Origin: an uncultured Chitinophagaceae bacterium
GTDB lineage: Bacteria; Bacteroidota; Bacteroidia; Chitinophagales; Chitinophagaceae
Assembly: GCA_963847085.1 (NCBI GenBank)
Contig: CAWJYO010000004.1
Span: forward strand, 38,636-102,635
Direction: 5' to 3'
Length of the DNA stretch: 64,000 bases
A program made the translations under genes and the position numbers. This document shows positions 53,434-64,000 of the stretch, in pieces. Within the stretch, counting starts at the first letter, position 1. Every line of letters starts with the position of its first letter. The notes below the pieces were generated by a model, which was not told the origin of the DNA, did not search any database, and was given only the letters and a program-made list of their open reading frames with translations.

Positions 53434-55824
53434 TCATTCCGTTCTTAAACTCTTTACTGGATTGGCGATTGCGGCTTTAATGGTTTGAATGCTCATAGTA
53501 AGTATGGCAATCACTATAATTATGATAGCGGCTGATAGAAACGTAACCCAATTGATAGATATGCGGTATGCAAAGCTTTGCAACCAGATATTGGCTGCCC
53601 ACCAACCTAGTGGACATGCGATAACTACGGCAAGAATGACAAGACGCACAAAGTCTTTTCCTAACAATATTCCAAGATCACTGACAGTAGCACCCAATAT
53701 TTTGCGAATCCCGATTTCTTTTGTACGACGACCAACCAGAAAAGCCGTTAATGCAAACAATCCGATAACAGAAATGAAGATTGCGGTAAAGGTGAAAAAA
53801 CTGATGATAATTTGCAGTTGTGCATAAGAAGCAAACAGCTTTTGAAAATTATCGTCGAGAAATGAGTAACGAATAGGAAGATCAGGGTCAATCTTTTTCC
53901 ATACTTTTTCTATTGATGCAACGGTTTGATTTATGTTGCTGCTCTTCATCTTTATAAGGATGCCGCCGCCCGATTGAAACATGCATGCTTTGTTTCCAAC
54001 GGTATAAACAACAGGCTGTACCACGTTTTCAAAACCTGATGCATTGAAATCTTTTACTACACCCACAATTTGTACAGGCACCGAATCACAGAAAGGAAAT
54101 GTGATAGTTGCACCCAACGGACTTGATATATTCAATCTTTTTGCAGCCGCTTCATTAATGACAGCCGTGCGTGTCTTTTCATCCGCTATTCTTCCATCAA
54201 ATAACCTTCCTTGTAACAAAGCGATCTGTAATGTTTTAAAATAATCATCGCTTACTTTTACCGATGACATCCTGTATTCTTTTCCGTTGTATTTGTAAGC
54301 AATGGTTAATGTATCAACACTTGCATCGCCGGGTACGGTTGTAGTCTTGGATACATACTGGACGCCCGGAATTGATAACAAAGTATTTCGTGTAACAGTA
54401 AAGTTGGCATCCCTTACGTCTTGTGAACTTTCCAATTGCATTACCTGCTCACCCGAAAATCCTTTATCTTTCGTTTGCATGTAGTGCATTTGATTACTTA
54501 CAACAATGGTAGTGATAATAAAAAATGCAGATACCGTAAACTGAACGACTATCAATACATTGCGAAACGCGATTCCTTTATTTCCTGTCGAATAGTCGCC
54601 CTTCAAAACCTTGGTAATATTATAGCGTGAAAGAAAAACGGCAGGATATAAACCGGAAAGAAGTGTTACTATAAAAAGGCACAAAGCAATTTGCGTAAAT
54701 ATAGAAATGCCATTATCATTATTAAACAAGCTAAGCTGAATGCTAAACCGGCTGTTGAAATAAGGTAAAATAAATGCTACCAGCAGAATTTCTAAACACA
54801 GGCTGAGTATGCATTGCAGCGCGACCTCACCAACAATTTGCAACAACAGTTGTTTACGGTCTGATCCCAATACCTCTCTGATACCTATCTCTTTTGCTCT
54901 GCGAATGGATGCGGCAATAGAAAGATTGCTGAAGTTGATAGCGCCGACTAGTAATAGCAGCGCAGCCAGCAAAAGCAATACGGAAACGGTTGTAAAATGG
55001 CTGCTGCCATGTTTCGGAAAGTTGTGAATGTTCTTTACTTCATCAACAAACAAACCGGCATGATGACCGGCTTTGCGAAAATCTGCCAACGATTGATTAT
55101 CCTTTTTTAAACGTTCGTTGTAATACACACGGTTTATATCATTTTCCAGTTTATTCGCCGTTACAAACGGTTTCGTTAGTACATAAGTATGATAGGAATA
55201 ATTTTCCCACCAAAAACTTTGCTTTTCATAAGGACTGCGATATACAAGTTCTGCCTGTAAATGTGATGGTGCTTTTGGTGGCCGCATTATGCCTGTTACC
55301 TCACAATCAAATGCATTAAAAATTTTAAGACTCTTGCCTATCGGATTTTCATTGCCAAATAGTTTTGAGGCTACCTCCCGGCTTATCACAACCGCATTTG
55401 GCTTATTTAAAACGGTGGCTCTATCGCCTTCAACAATCTGATAAGGAAAAACTTTAAAGAAAGAGGAATCAGCTTGTACACTATTCTTCTGATATATTTT
55501 TTTATCGCCACTGGTTAACAACGCTTCATCATCTCCATAAGGTTGTATCGCGGTGGCAGCTTCAATGTCAGGCAGTCGCTGTTTTAAAAATGACGACAGA
55601 GGAGCAGGCGTCCGGTCCAAAATGTCATCATCTTTTTGCTCAGAGACCTTAAACATCCGTTCTAAAGATGGAGACCAAGTATCATAGCTCAATTCATAAT
55701 TCGTATACAGCAGGATAACAATAAAACCTGCAAGTCCTACGGCAAGCCCTGCAATATTGATACTGCTATAAAATTTATTGTTTATAAAATTCCTCCATGC
55801 GGTTTTGAAATAATTTTTAAACAT
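53434..55824 (-). CDS. MacB/FtsX-like ABC transporter permease
   Basis: MFKNYFKTAWRN, RAKEIGIR, RTKEIGIRKILGA and ANPVKSLRTE motifs. Confidence 0.92.
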   Translation of the reverse strand: MFKNYFKTAWRNFINNKFYSSINIAGLAVGLAGFIVILLYTNYELSYDTWSPSLERMFKVSEQKDDDILDRTPAPLSSFLKQRLPDIEAATAIQPYGDDEALLTSGDKKIYQKNSVQADSSFFKVFPYQIVEGDRATVLNKPNAVVISREVASKLFGNENPIGKSLKIFNAFDCEVTGIMRPPKAPSHLQAELVYRSPYEKQSFWWENYSYHTYVLTKPFVTANKLENDINRVYYNERLKKDNQSLADFRKAGHHAGLFVDEVKNIHNFPKHGSSHFTTVSVLLLLAALLLLVGAINFSNLSIAASIRRAKEIGIREVLGSDRKQLLLQIVGEVALQCILSLCLEILLVAFILPYFNSRFSIQLSLFNNDNGISIFTQIALCLFIVTLLSGLYPAVFLSRYNITKVLKGDYSTGNKGIAFRNVLIVVQFTVSAFFIITTIVVSNQMHYMQTKDKGFSGEQVMQLESSQDVRDANFTVTRNTLLSIPGVQYVSKTTTVPGDASVDTLTIAYKYNGKEYRMSSVKVSDDYFKTLQIALLQGRLFDGRIADEKTRTAVINEAAAKRLNISSPLGATITFPFCDSVPVQIVGVVKDFNASGFENVVQPVVYTVGNKACMFQSGGGILIKMKSSNINQTVASIEKVWKKIDPDLPIRYSFLDDNFQKLFASYAQLQIIISFFTFTAIFISVIGLFALTAFLVGRRTKEIGIRKILGATVSDLGILLGKDFVRLVILAVVIACPLGWWAANIWLQSFAYRISINWVTFLSAAIIIIVIAILTMSIQTIKAAIANPVKSLRTE

Positions 55825-55882
55825 AAAACTTGATTGAAGTGCTGATAGTTATAGGCAAGACACACTTAATTCCTTTCCTTTT

Positions 55883-55985
55883 CCAACGCTTATACCAATC
55901 TTGAAGCCCTTTACCAAACTGCGTTTGAGCAATGGCAAACAAAACAAGTGTCCGATAATGAACATCTGTTGTACGATTTTGAAGA
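55883..55985 (-). promoter_or_regulatory. Sigma-54-type promoter with tandem enhancer sites
   Basis: Minus strand TTGGTATAAGCGTTGG (-24/-12-like, 55898-55883); TGT-N10-ACA at 55949-55964 and an imperfect copy 21 bp further at 55970-55985. Confidence 0.6.
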
Positions 55986-56119
55986 GGTAGTGATGAATGA
56001 AAATTAATGCATTTTACACAGAGAGACTGCCCATATTTGAAACTGTATTAGTTCAAACGAACTATCTTTCTAAAACTCTTTGTACCAATATAGCTTGCGG
56101 TTACTAATGTAAAACTTGT

Positions 56120-56338
56120 TTATGCGGTTTTTAGTTTTCTGGCGTAGAATTTTTCACGTCTGGCTGACGCTTTGGCAACGACTTCGCTTGTTTTTGCCAC
56201 TTCATTGCAGTTGCCTTCGTGCTGACTGATGAATCTATCACAGTTTTCAAACACAGACTGATTAAGTAGGATAGCGGCAGCCGCCTTGTGCTTAATCTCT
56301 TTTGCCCATTCTATTGTTTGCTGTAAGGTAAATGCCAT
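56120..56338 (-). CDS. small hypothetical protein
   Basis: 72-aa ORF with an AT-rich leader, co-oriented with neighbours. Confidence 0.45.
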   Translation of the reverse strand: MAFTLQQTIEWAKEIKHKAAAAILLNQSVFENCDRFISQHEGNCNEVAKTSEVVAKASARREKFYARKLKTA

Positions 56339-56436
56339 AAAATTGTTTCGTTTAATTCAATCGTCATATTCGTCAAGTAATACGGATGCATTTACGCACA
56401 ACATCAATTAATGTTTTTGTGTCATGTTTATGCGGT

Positions 56437-56634
56437 TTATAAATATTTGCGATATGCTTGCTCAATAAGTTCCTTTCTGGTAAGCTTTGGAGGGGTTTGG
56501 AGCCGGTGTTTATGTCGGGCTCCTATCTCTCCTTGTATTCTTTGCAGCAATTGATTTTTAGTGCTGCTTAGAACCGGCTGCAATTGTTGGCGCAACTGCT
56601 GAAACTCTTTCTTATCTTTTGCTGTAAGTGCCAT
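56437..56634 (-). CDS. small basic hypothetical protein
   Basis: MALTAKDKKEFQQLRQQL... Confidence 0.45.
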   Translation of the reverse strand: MALTAKDKKEFQQLRQQLQPVLSSTKNQLLQRIQGEIGARHKHRLQTPPKLTRKELIEQAYRKYL

Positions 56635-56712
56635 TATTAGCAATATTTTGAGTGATAATGTTGTCATATAGAACAAAGAGAAAAATATAGGCTGAATAAA
56701 ATCACGGATGTC

Positions 56713-56943
56713 TTACTTTTGGCGTTCTTGTGCGGTTTTCTTTACTTTAATGAATGTTCTTTTAAAGTCGGCGACTACCTGTGCCTTTCGAGCATCAGAC
56801 AAGCCGCCTTTCTTTTGTTTGTTTGAATTGTCTCCTGCAGAAACAGGTTGCAATGCCTTTTTTATCCTCTCGGCGCGTTCAAGACCCAATGAAAAGTGCG
56901 CTTCCATTTTGTCTATTTCCTTTAAAATATCGTTTGGTATCAT
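56713..56943 (-). CDS. small basic hypothetical protein
   Basis: 76-aa helical, Lys-rich ORF. Confidence 0.45.
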   Translation of the reverse strand: MIPNDILKEIDKMEAHFSLGLERAERIKKALQPVSAGDNSNKQKKGGLSDARKAQVVADFKRTFIKVKKTAQERQK

Positions 56944-57627
56944 TGTATTAAGCTACTTGTAACAGGTGTACTACAATTTATATTTGCTAATGCAAATTGA
57001 AAAGTAAAAGAGATGAACAAAACTCATATTCACAAGATAAAACAGAACCTATATTTTTCACAAGTGGCGATTGAAGAGATTATTTTGTATATGTGATTGC
57101 AAATTACATCTATTGCATTTGGCAAGTGCATGTATAAAGGGAAGTAATAAAGCAATGTTATTATGTTTCATCTTGATAAGTTTTAAAAGAGACAACAGGT
57201 TGCAATATACCGGCGGCCGATTGTTTACTTACTTGTTAGCAACATGAGTGTTGTAATACTTAAGTGTTTTTGTTCTCTTGCTTTTATAGGTGAGCACGTA
57301 AACACTTTTACAGTAAAAAAAATTATTTATTTAGAATTGAATATGCCTTCGTTTTGACTTCTGTATTAATTCCTGTTCGCCTTCATACAAAAATTACTAA
57401 GCCAAATTCCCAATTTATTCCTGATACGAAAATATGTTTCCATAATCGGAACAAAATATTAATATTTTGATATCTAATATATTAAAAGTGAATCATCTAA
57501 GTGATGGTATTATATTTACTTAAGTTTATTATGCTGTAAGATATCCACTATTTGTTGTCCTATTTTATAAAGTCCAACATCATTCAGTATCAGAGCAGCC
57601 AAACTAACATTCAGTAAAAATCCAATC

Positions 57628-60600
57628 ATGAAAAGAATTGTATGTATTCTTTTGGCAGCTTCATTATTGGCTGCAACCCAATCAGTCCATGCGCAACAGG
57701 TTAAAGATTCAACTGTTACAGCTATCTATACCGACTTTACAGGTTATTGGACATCAAGCACAAAGACCAATAACTCACTTTATCCTGATACGAGCCATAA
57801 TTTAATGGCATTTACATTCAGGGATAAAACTTATTCAACGGGTGTAAATGATGCAGTATTAACTGCCAAGCTGGGTAATAGAAATTACTCTCCACAGGTC
57901 TATAAATCACTTCCGGTAAGCAACATTGCAGGCAAAACAATCGGGAACGATAATACGCTCACTTTTGCATTGAAAGACGACGGTGATTCGACCAAAGCGG
58001 CTTATCATTCTCCCTATCCGGTTATTCATATTGCTGACGTATTAACTGATGGTAAGAACGGGCTCGATTTGGGTACTGGTGTAACTAACCTACCTCAGGG
58101 AGCACACATTTCCTTTCCAGTAAAAAATTTAAATACCAAAACAGCGACAGACTCTGTACCTGACTTCGTATTCACACAAATCGCCCAGCCAACTACCAAC
58201 CTGCCCGATACCATATTTTTCTTTGACGCAAATCATAACGTGATAGGAAATAAAAAATTGGTGTATTGGAATGCGGTGAATAAGTTGGGAACTTATAAGC
58301 TTGATTTGTATTCCCTAACACCTAATATGTCTTGCAACACTTCTATAATGAATAGCCTGTATGAACAAAATAGCACAAGAGACATTAGAATGGTAGCATT
58401 TTTAATCACCGACTTTGGCATTACCGATCCAACAATTGCGGCTCAGGTAAAAGGATTGCAAATCAATCCCTGCGGCAGCAGCGACCAAGCCTTCATTGCC
58501 TATAATACAAACATCATACATTTTGACGTACCTATCATTTTAACGCAACCTGCCACGCAGTCATTCTGCAGTGCTACCACGTCTTCCTCAGCTACTTTCA
58601 ATGTGAATGCTTTCAGCACAAGTGATATGACATATCAGTGGAAGAAGAATGGCGCTGATATTGTCGGTGCAACTTCTGCTTCTTACACGGCTACCGGTCT
58701 TACTTTGGCAGATACTGCCAATGCCTATTCCGTGACCCTAACGAATAGTGTAGGTGCAATCACCAGTGATAATGCTTATGTAAAATATGTAATTCTTAAC
58801 CAGCCTTCAAGTCTGTACCTCGCAGTAGGTTCTACAGCTACCTTTGCTGTTAGTGCTTCAGGTGCAACAGGATACCAGTGGCAGAAAGGGAATGCTAAAA
58901 TTAAGGATGCCACTTTTTCTGCTTACTCAAGAACAAACGTTGCTCTTACGGATGCAGGCACCTATACGGCAATGGTTTACTATAGTGGTGGAACTTGTAC
59001 CAGCAACGCTGCCACACTTACTGTCGAAAACTTGCCCACCATTACAAAACAGCCTGTAAAACAAATGTTTTGCAGCGATGCAACTACTTCAGCTACATTT
59101 AGCGTTACAGCTAAAAGTACTTCTACCTAATTACCAATGGTATAAGAATGGTACGGCTATAAGTGGCGCTACTGGTAACAGTTTAAATCTAAGCAATCTT
59201 ACTTTTTCTGATACATCCAGCACTTTTTATGTAGTGTTAACTAACGGTGTTGGTTCAACAACCAGCAATAGGGTATCTGTAAAATATGTGATTCTCAATC
59301 AACCTTCAAATTTATATTTAGGTGTAGGAGCTACCGCATCTTTTACTGTTGTTGCATCAGGAGCAACAGGTTATCAATGGCAGAAAGCAATTACTAACAT
59401 TAGTGGTGCTACTTTGGCTACTTACTCAAAAACAAACATCGCCCTTACAGATGCCGGAAGCTATACAGCAGTGGTTAAGTACGATGGTGGAACTTGTACC
59501 AGTAACGCTGCCATTTTAAGCGTTGAAAGTTTACCTTCTATCACTGCACAGCCACAACAACAAGTATTGTGTAGCAGTTCAGCCACAACAACTACCTTCA
59601 GCGTTACGGCGCCTAAAGTTATTTCTGATATAACTTACCAGTGGTACAAAAACAATTCTCCTATAGCTGGTGCAATTTCTTCTTCTTACTCACCAACAGG
59701 CTTAACAATGAATGATACTACTAATATCTATTACGTAGCTGTAACAAATGGCATCGGAACGGTTAAGAGTAATAGCGTTAATATAAAATACCTCATCATA
59801 TCACAGCCTATATCGCAGGTGATTGCAACGGGCAACAGTGTTAGCTTTTCTGTTGGGGCAAGTGGCATTGTATCTTATCTCTGGCAAAAAAACGGTGTAA
59901 GCATCACCGGTGCCACCGGAAGCACCTACACTCTTCCGGTAGTTAACTATTCCGATGCAGGCAACTACACTGCGCTTGTTTCCTACACTGGTGCTATTAC
60001 TTCTTGTACCAGTAATGCAGCTGTATTGCAACCTTCCATTGTTCTTTACTCTAAAGCTTCTGGTAACCTTAACCTGCCTTCTACCTGGGGCATAGCTACC
60101 GATGGCAGCGGCTCTTCTCCCTTTGATTTTACAAGAAGTGAACATACGTTCGTTCTTGCCAACCGCTCTTCTCTTTCCACCGCAGCCTCTGTTACAATTG
60201 CAGGAACAGTAGATGTAGCCAACGGTAAGCTCACTATTACTCCGGGTACAACCTTAACGGCAGGCCGCATTATCCGCTCTGGACAAACAGGTGCGATTGT
60301 AAGTTCTTCTACTTCCAATCTCTATTTAACCGGCATCAGTACACCCACTTACAGCGGCGCTTCTGACCTTTATTTTGATACTGTTAATGATACACTTCAC
60401 AACTTAACTATCGCCGCTCACACCGCAACCCTTCATACTGCCCTTAACATTACAGCTGGCAAGACGCCTGGACGTGTGCAGATAAACAGTGGCGGCACGC
60501 TTGCTACCTCTGATTCTTTAACTCTGAAGAGTGATATTAACGGTACGGCTTCTATCGCTTCTTCTGTAGGTACTATCACGGGTAAAGTAACGATTGAAAA

Positions 60601-62368
60601 GTTCATCCATTCCCGTCGTGCCTGGCGCCTGATGGGTGCACCGATTACCAGCACAGGTGCTCCAAGCATCAATGCAGCCTGGCAGGAAGGAGCCACAAGT
60701 TCTACCGACAATCCTCATCCCGGTTTCGGTACGCACATTACCTACGGTGCAGTGGCTGATGGCTTTGACCAGAACCCGCAAAAGACTTTCAGTATGAGGG
60801 TCTATAACGCAGCTACCAGCACATGGGTGGGCGTGCCTGCTACTAAAACCACAGCTATTACCGCTTATCCGGCTTACTTTATCTTTATCCGCGGCAATCG
60901 TTCCTATAATATTACTACTACTACCGCCTATACTACTCCTATGACTACGGTTCTAAGGGCTACAGGCAATGTTAAGCAGGGCAACCTTGTTGCTCAGACA
61001 GTTGCTGCCAGCGGCTTTACCTTAATGGCAAACCCTTATGCCAGCCCCGTTAATTTTACAAAGCTTATCAATTCGAGCAAGAACATACAAGCCCGCTATC
61101 GTGTGTGGGATCCTACGCTCGCTGGCACTAATGGTGTAGGTGCATGGGTAACAGTTGATGGCAGTACAGGCACTTATAAATCTATTCCTCCTTCTTCTTA
61201 TGTTGCCAATACTTTAGAGGCTGGTCAGGGCTTTTTTGTACAAAGCAGCGATGGCAAGACAGCGGGCTCTCTTCTTTTTACGGAAGCGGTAAAAGACAGC
61301 ACACTCTCTACTACCTCTGCTGACAGAATGGGAAGCACAGCTACCACTGACACTTCTTTACAGATCAATCTGAAGCTTTTCAATGCTGATACGACGACTG
61401 CTATTGCTGATGGTGTATTGTTCAACTTTGGCTCAGCCTACAGCGATTCAGTGGATAACAATGATGCAATAAAGATGGGCAATACAGGTGAGAATCTGGG
61501 CATCCAGGAAGGTAACAGCCTTCTTACCATTGATGAACGTACAATGCCTAAAAAGGGCGATTCTCTTTATTTAAGCTTAACGAACGCTAAATCAGCTTCT
61601 TATCAATTTGAGATCGTGCCTTCTTCTCTCAACAATCAATCGTTTGCACTTTACGACCGGTATTTGAAAACAGTGTCTCCTCTTTCTTCTACAGATACTA
61701 CCCGCATTACTTTCACAGTCAATACTTCGGTAGCGGCTTCGAAGGCTTCCGACCGCTTTGTACTGGTAGTGATGAACTCAAAAATAACCAATACAGTGTT
61801 GCCGGTTTCATTTACCAGCATAAAAGCAACGGCAAAACAAAATACGGTTGAAGTACAGTGGACAGTAGCAACTGAGAGTGGCATTCTTTATTATGAAGTA
61901 CAGAAATCAGCCGATGGTGTTAGCTTTACAGCAACAGGCAATGTGGCTGCAAAGGGCGCTTCTCTGTACAGCTTTACTGATATGGCACCTCTTGCAACAG
62001 GCGTTAATTACTATCGGGTGAAAAGCATAAGCCAAAACGGAAGCGTTCGTTATAGCAGCGTTGTTACGGCGCAACTGCAAGGCGCAGCATCATCTACTTC
62101 AACGGATGGCACTTCTTCGGTTAGCGTGTATCCCAACCCGTTAACAGGCACTGCTTTTACACTTACCCTTTCTAACAAGCCGGCGGGTACTTACAACATG
62201 AATGTTGTTGATGGCAGTGGTAAAGTAGTGTTCAGCCAGCCGGTTGCACACTCGGGTGGTACGGCTTCGCAAAAAGTTACACTCCCGCACCGCCTCTCTG
62301 CAGGAAGTTATTATATCCAAATCGCTTCCTCAACCTCAACTGAAACCATTAAAATAGTAGCTCTCTAA
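57628..62368 (+). CDS. Large T9SS-secreted protein with tandem Ig-like domains (frameshift near 59120)
   Basis: Signal peptide; repeated QP...YQW.KNG..I.GAT Ig units; VLPVSF and VYPNP...GSYYIQI type A sorting domain. Confidence 0.85.
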
Positions 62369-62404
62369 TCAAGTTTTTACAGCGTAGACCATCAACCTAA
62401 ACCC

Positions 62405-62440
62405 AAAAAGACCTTCCCTTACCGGAGGGTCCTTTTTTTT
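62405..62440 (+). terminator. Rho-independent terminator after the T9SS gene
   Basis: GACCTTCC...GGAGGGTC stem followed by a T8 tract. Confidence 0.75.
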
Positions 62441-62588
62441 ATTGTTGGAGTACTGTCCCGTCCTGAAAATCAATGCCTGTTGGGCTGATCTTATTTTCGC
62501 ACAATACAGCAGTTATTTGTAATTGCGCAAATACATTTATCGCTGATGCAATGAATAATATTGAAATAAAAATCATTTTTTTAAGCAT
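62439..62588 (-). pseudogene. 5' stub of a probable GH78 alpha-L-rhamnosidase
   Basis: Signal peptide plus LCENKISPTGID, resembling the L.CE...P.GID start of GH78 proteins; stops after 49 aa. Confidence 0.5.
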
Positions 62589-62611
62589 AAAGTATCTTCC
62601 GGAATGTTTTT

Positions 62612-64000
62612 CTAATTTAAGTAATTTCCCTGTTGGTTTGCATAGTGGTAATGAAACCAATTCACATCTATAAACCCTTTTTCTTCGCTAATGTTATAAT
62701 TATATATGCCGGTCCTGTCACCCCGATAATATCCCCATGTTAGTTGATATGTATTACCGAACTCAGTAAAGATTTTACCATCCAGACTGAATGCATACCT
62801 ACTTCTCCCTTCCCAATCCCAGGCAGAACTTAGCCAAATGGTAGTTTGGTTAATTTGAGGGCCTTTAATTTCCTGTCCATTATTGTCGCAAATCAAAACC
62901 CGAATCCCCTCACTTTGTTTTATTCCAAAGCTGCTATAGGCTTCAGAGAAATGACATAGACCTGCGAACTCACCATCCGACATACCAGCAATTTCTATTT
63001 TAATAATTACTTCGTTTTTTGCAGTTCTCAGACTGCGCTGAGTAAGCGTATTTCCTGCCCTTAAAAGCAGTGGACGTTTATCAGCAGTCTCTTTAATCCT
63101 GATTGGTATGAATGCATGAAGCCGCAGAAAATCCTTCTGCTCTGTAAGTGACCATTTATCTTTCCGAGGCTGATAATTCCATTCCCATTGCACGGAAAGA
63201 AAAGGAGAATTAAATTCATCATTTGTATGGAAAGGCGTTATCACCAATTTGGAAACAGGATTCTTACGCTTCCATACCATGTTCCCTATCGTGTCGGCTC
63301 CCACTTTGCCAATAATAGGCCAGCCATTTATAAATGTAACAGGTAACAGGCATAGTGCTCGCCCTTCCCAGCTACCCGTTCCCTGGTGCGTAAGAAACCA
63401 CCAGCTTCCCGAAGCCAGCTTTAGTAAACCTCCCTGGTTGGGTTCTTTATCTATTGAGGGATTTACATGATTTAGTTGCTTTGTTTCGTAAGGGCCATAA
63501 ATATTTTTGGAACGCTCCATCATGGCAACTCTGCCTTCTTTTTTTACCTCACTAAAAAAATGATAGTACCACCCGTTGATTTTATACATCTTGTTAGCCT
63601 CGCTGCCCTCTGATTGATGGATGACAGAATCTGACTTCAAGAAAATCTGTTTACCATCGGCGCTTATTCTAAACAAATGTATTTTGTAGTTGTCTGCAAA
63701 GTGGGTGGCAATAAAATAAGCCTTGTTATCATCGTCCCAGAAAGGACAGCAATCATCCCAGCCTTTGACTTTCCATATTTGATGCAAGGGTTCCCAGGGG
63801 CCTGCAGCATTCTTTGCAGTGCTCATAAAAAATCCTTCATCGGGAGTTCCAAAATAAATCCAGAATTTTCTTTTGTGATAACGAATGGCGCCCGCCCAAA
63901 TGCCTTTGCCATACCGGTTCATTTTATCCCAGTTTAATTCGGGGCTAATCTTGTTCAGGTTGCTTACAACATGTCCGATAATATTCCAATTGATTAAATC
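62612..64000 (-). CDS. GH43 beta-xylosidase-like protein (5' end outside window)
   Basis: GIWAGAIRYH, WDDCCPFWD, EANKMYKINGWYY, NQGG and a C-terminal beta-sandwich. Confidence 0.88.
   Translation of the reverse strand, partial: DLINWNIIGHVVSNLNKISPELNWDKMNRYGKGIWAGAIRYHKRKFWIYFGTPDEGFFMSTAKNAAGPWEPLHQIWKVKGWDDCCPFWDDDNKAYFIATHFADNYKIHLFRISADGKQIFLKSDSVIHQSEGSEANKMYKINGWYYHFFSEVKKEGRVAMMERSKNIYGPYETKQLNHVNPSIDKEPNQGGLLKLASGSWWFLTHQGTGSWEGRALCLLPVTFINGWPIIGKVGADTIGNMVWKRKNPVSKLVITPFHTNDEFNSPFLSVQWEWNYQPRKDKWSLTEQKDFLRLHAFIPIRIKETADKRPLLLRAGNTLTQRSLRTAKNEVIIKIEIAGMSDGEFAGLCHFSEAYSSFGIKQSEGIRVLICDNNGQEIKGPQINQTTIWLSSAWDWEGRSRYAFSLDGKIFTEFGNTYQLTWGYYRGDRTGIYNYNISEEKGFIDVNWFHYHYANQQGNYLN

Noticed and set aside
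56944-57627. Long AT-rich intergenic region as an ncRNA or riboswitch
   Set aside because: No recognisable conserved motif or strong structure by eye; consistent with divergent promoter DNA.
5187-59130. Numerous frameshifts (susC, SBP, oxidoreductase, GH130, sdhA, nagZ-like, miaA, NtrC-family gene, integrase, T9SS protein) as mass pseudogenisation or programmed recoding
   Set aside because: They are single-base indels, often in short homopolymers, and hit core genes whose sequences are otherwise conserved. Long-read consensus error is the more economical explanation; polishing would decide.

Overview
Bacteroidota DNA, probably Chitinophagaceae, judging from SusC/SusD, ECF-FecR, a T9SS C-terminal domain and TAnnTTTG promoters. 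Many genes, including the core genes sdhA and miaA, are split by single-base indels, which most likely reflects an unpolished long-read assembly. Left to right: the end of a GH2 gene; an internally deleted GH28 remnant; an IS982 element inserted in a TMEM175 channel gene; an ECF/FecR-controlled SusCD locus joined to a complete CUT1 sugar ABC importer and two GH130 genes; EamA; a 7-haem cytochrome c; the sdhCAB operon carrying an AT-rich ABC-ATPase plus PD-(D/E)xK-like gene pair between sdhA and sdhB; nagZ-like GH3, miaA, an NtrC-family regulator, tatD, GH92 and GH3. Next comes tRNA-Ser(GGA) followed by an integrase-headed accessory region. It holds a DUF6934 plus small-ORF pair and a collapsed type II-C CRISPR locus (tracrRNA, a ~100-codon cas9 stub fused into a 4-repeat array). 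It also holds a beta-propeller kinase/LytTR system upstream of a peroxiredoxin/SQR-like cluster, an IS3 element, a sigma54-driven MacB-type permease, small orphan ORFs and a large Ig-repeat T9SS protein. The window ends with a GH78 stub and a partial GH43. The best candidates for undescribed biology are the ATPase-nuclease cassette inside the sdh operon, the cas9-stub/tracrRNA/mini-array, and the PUL-ABC-GH130 locus.
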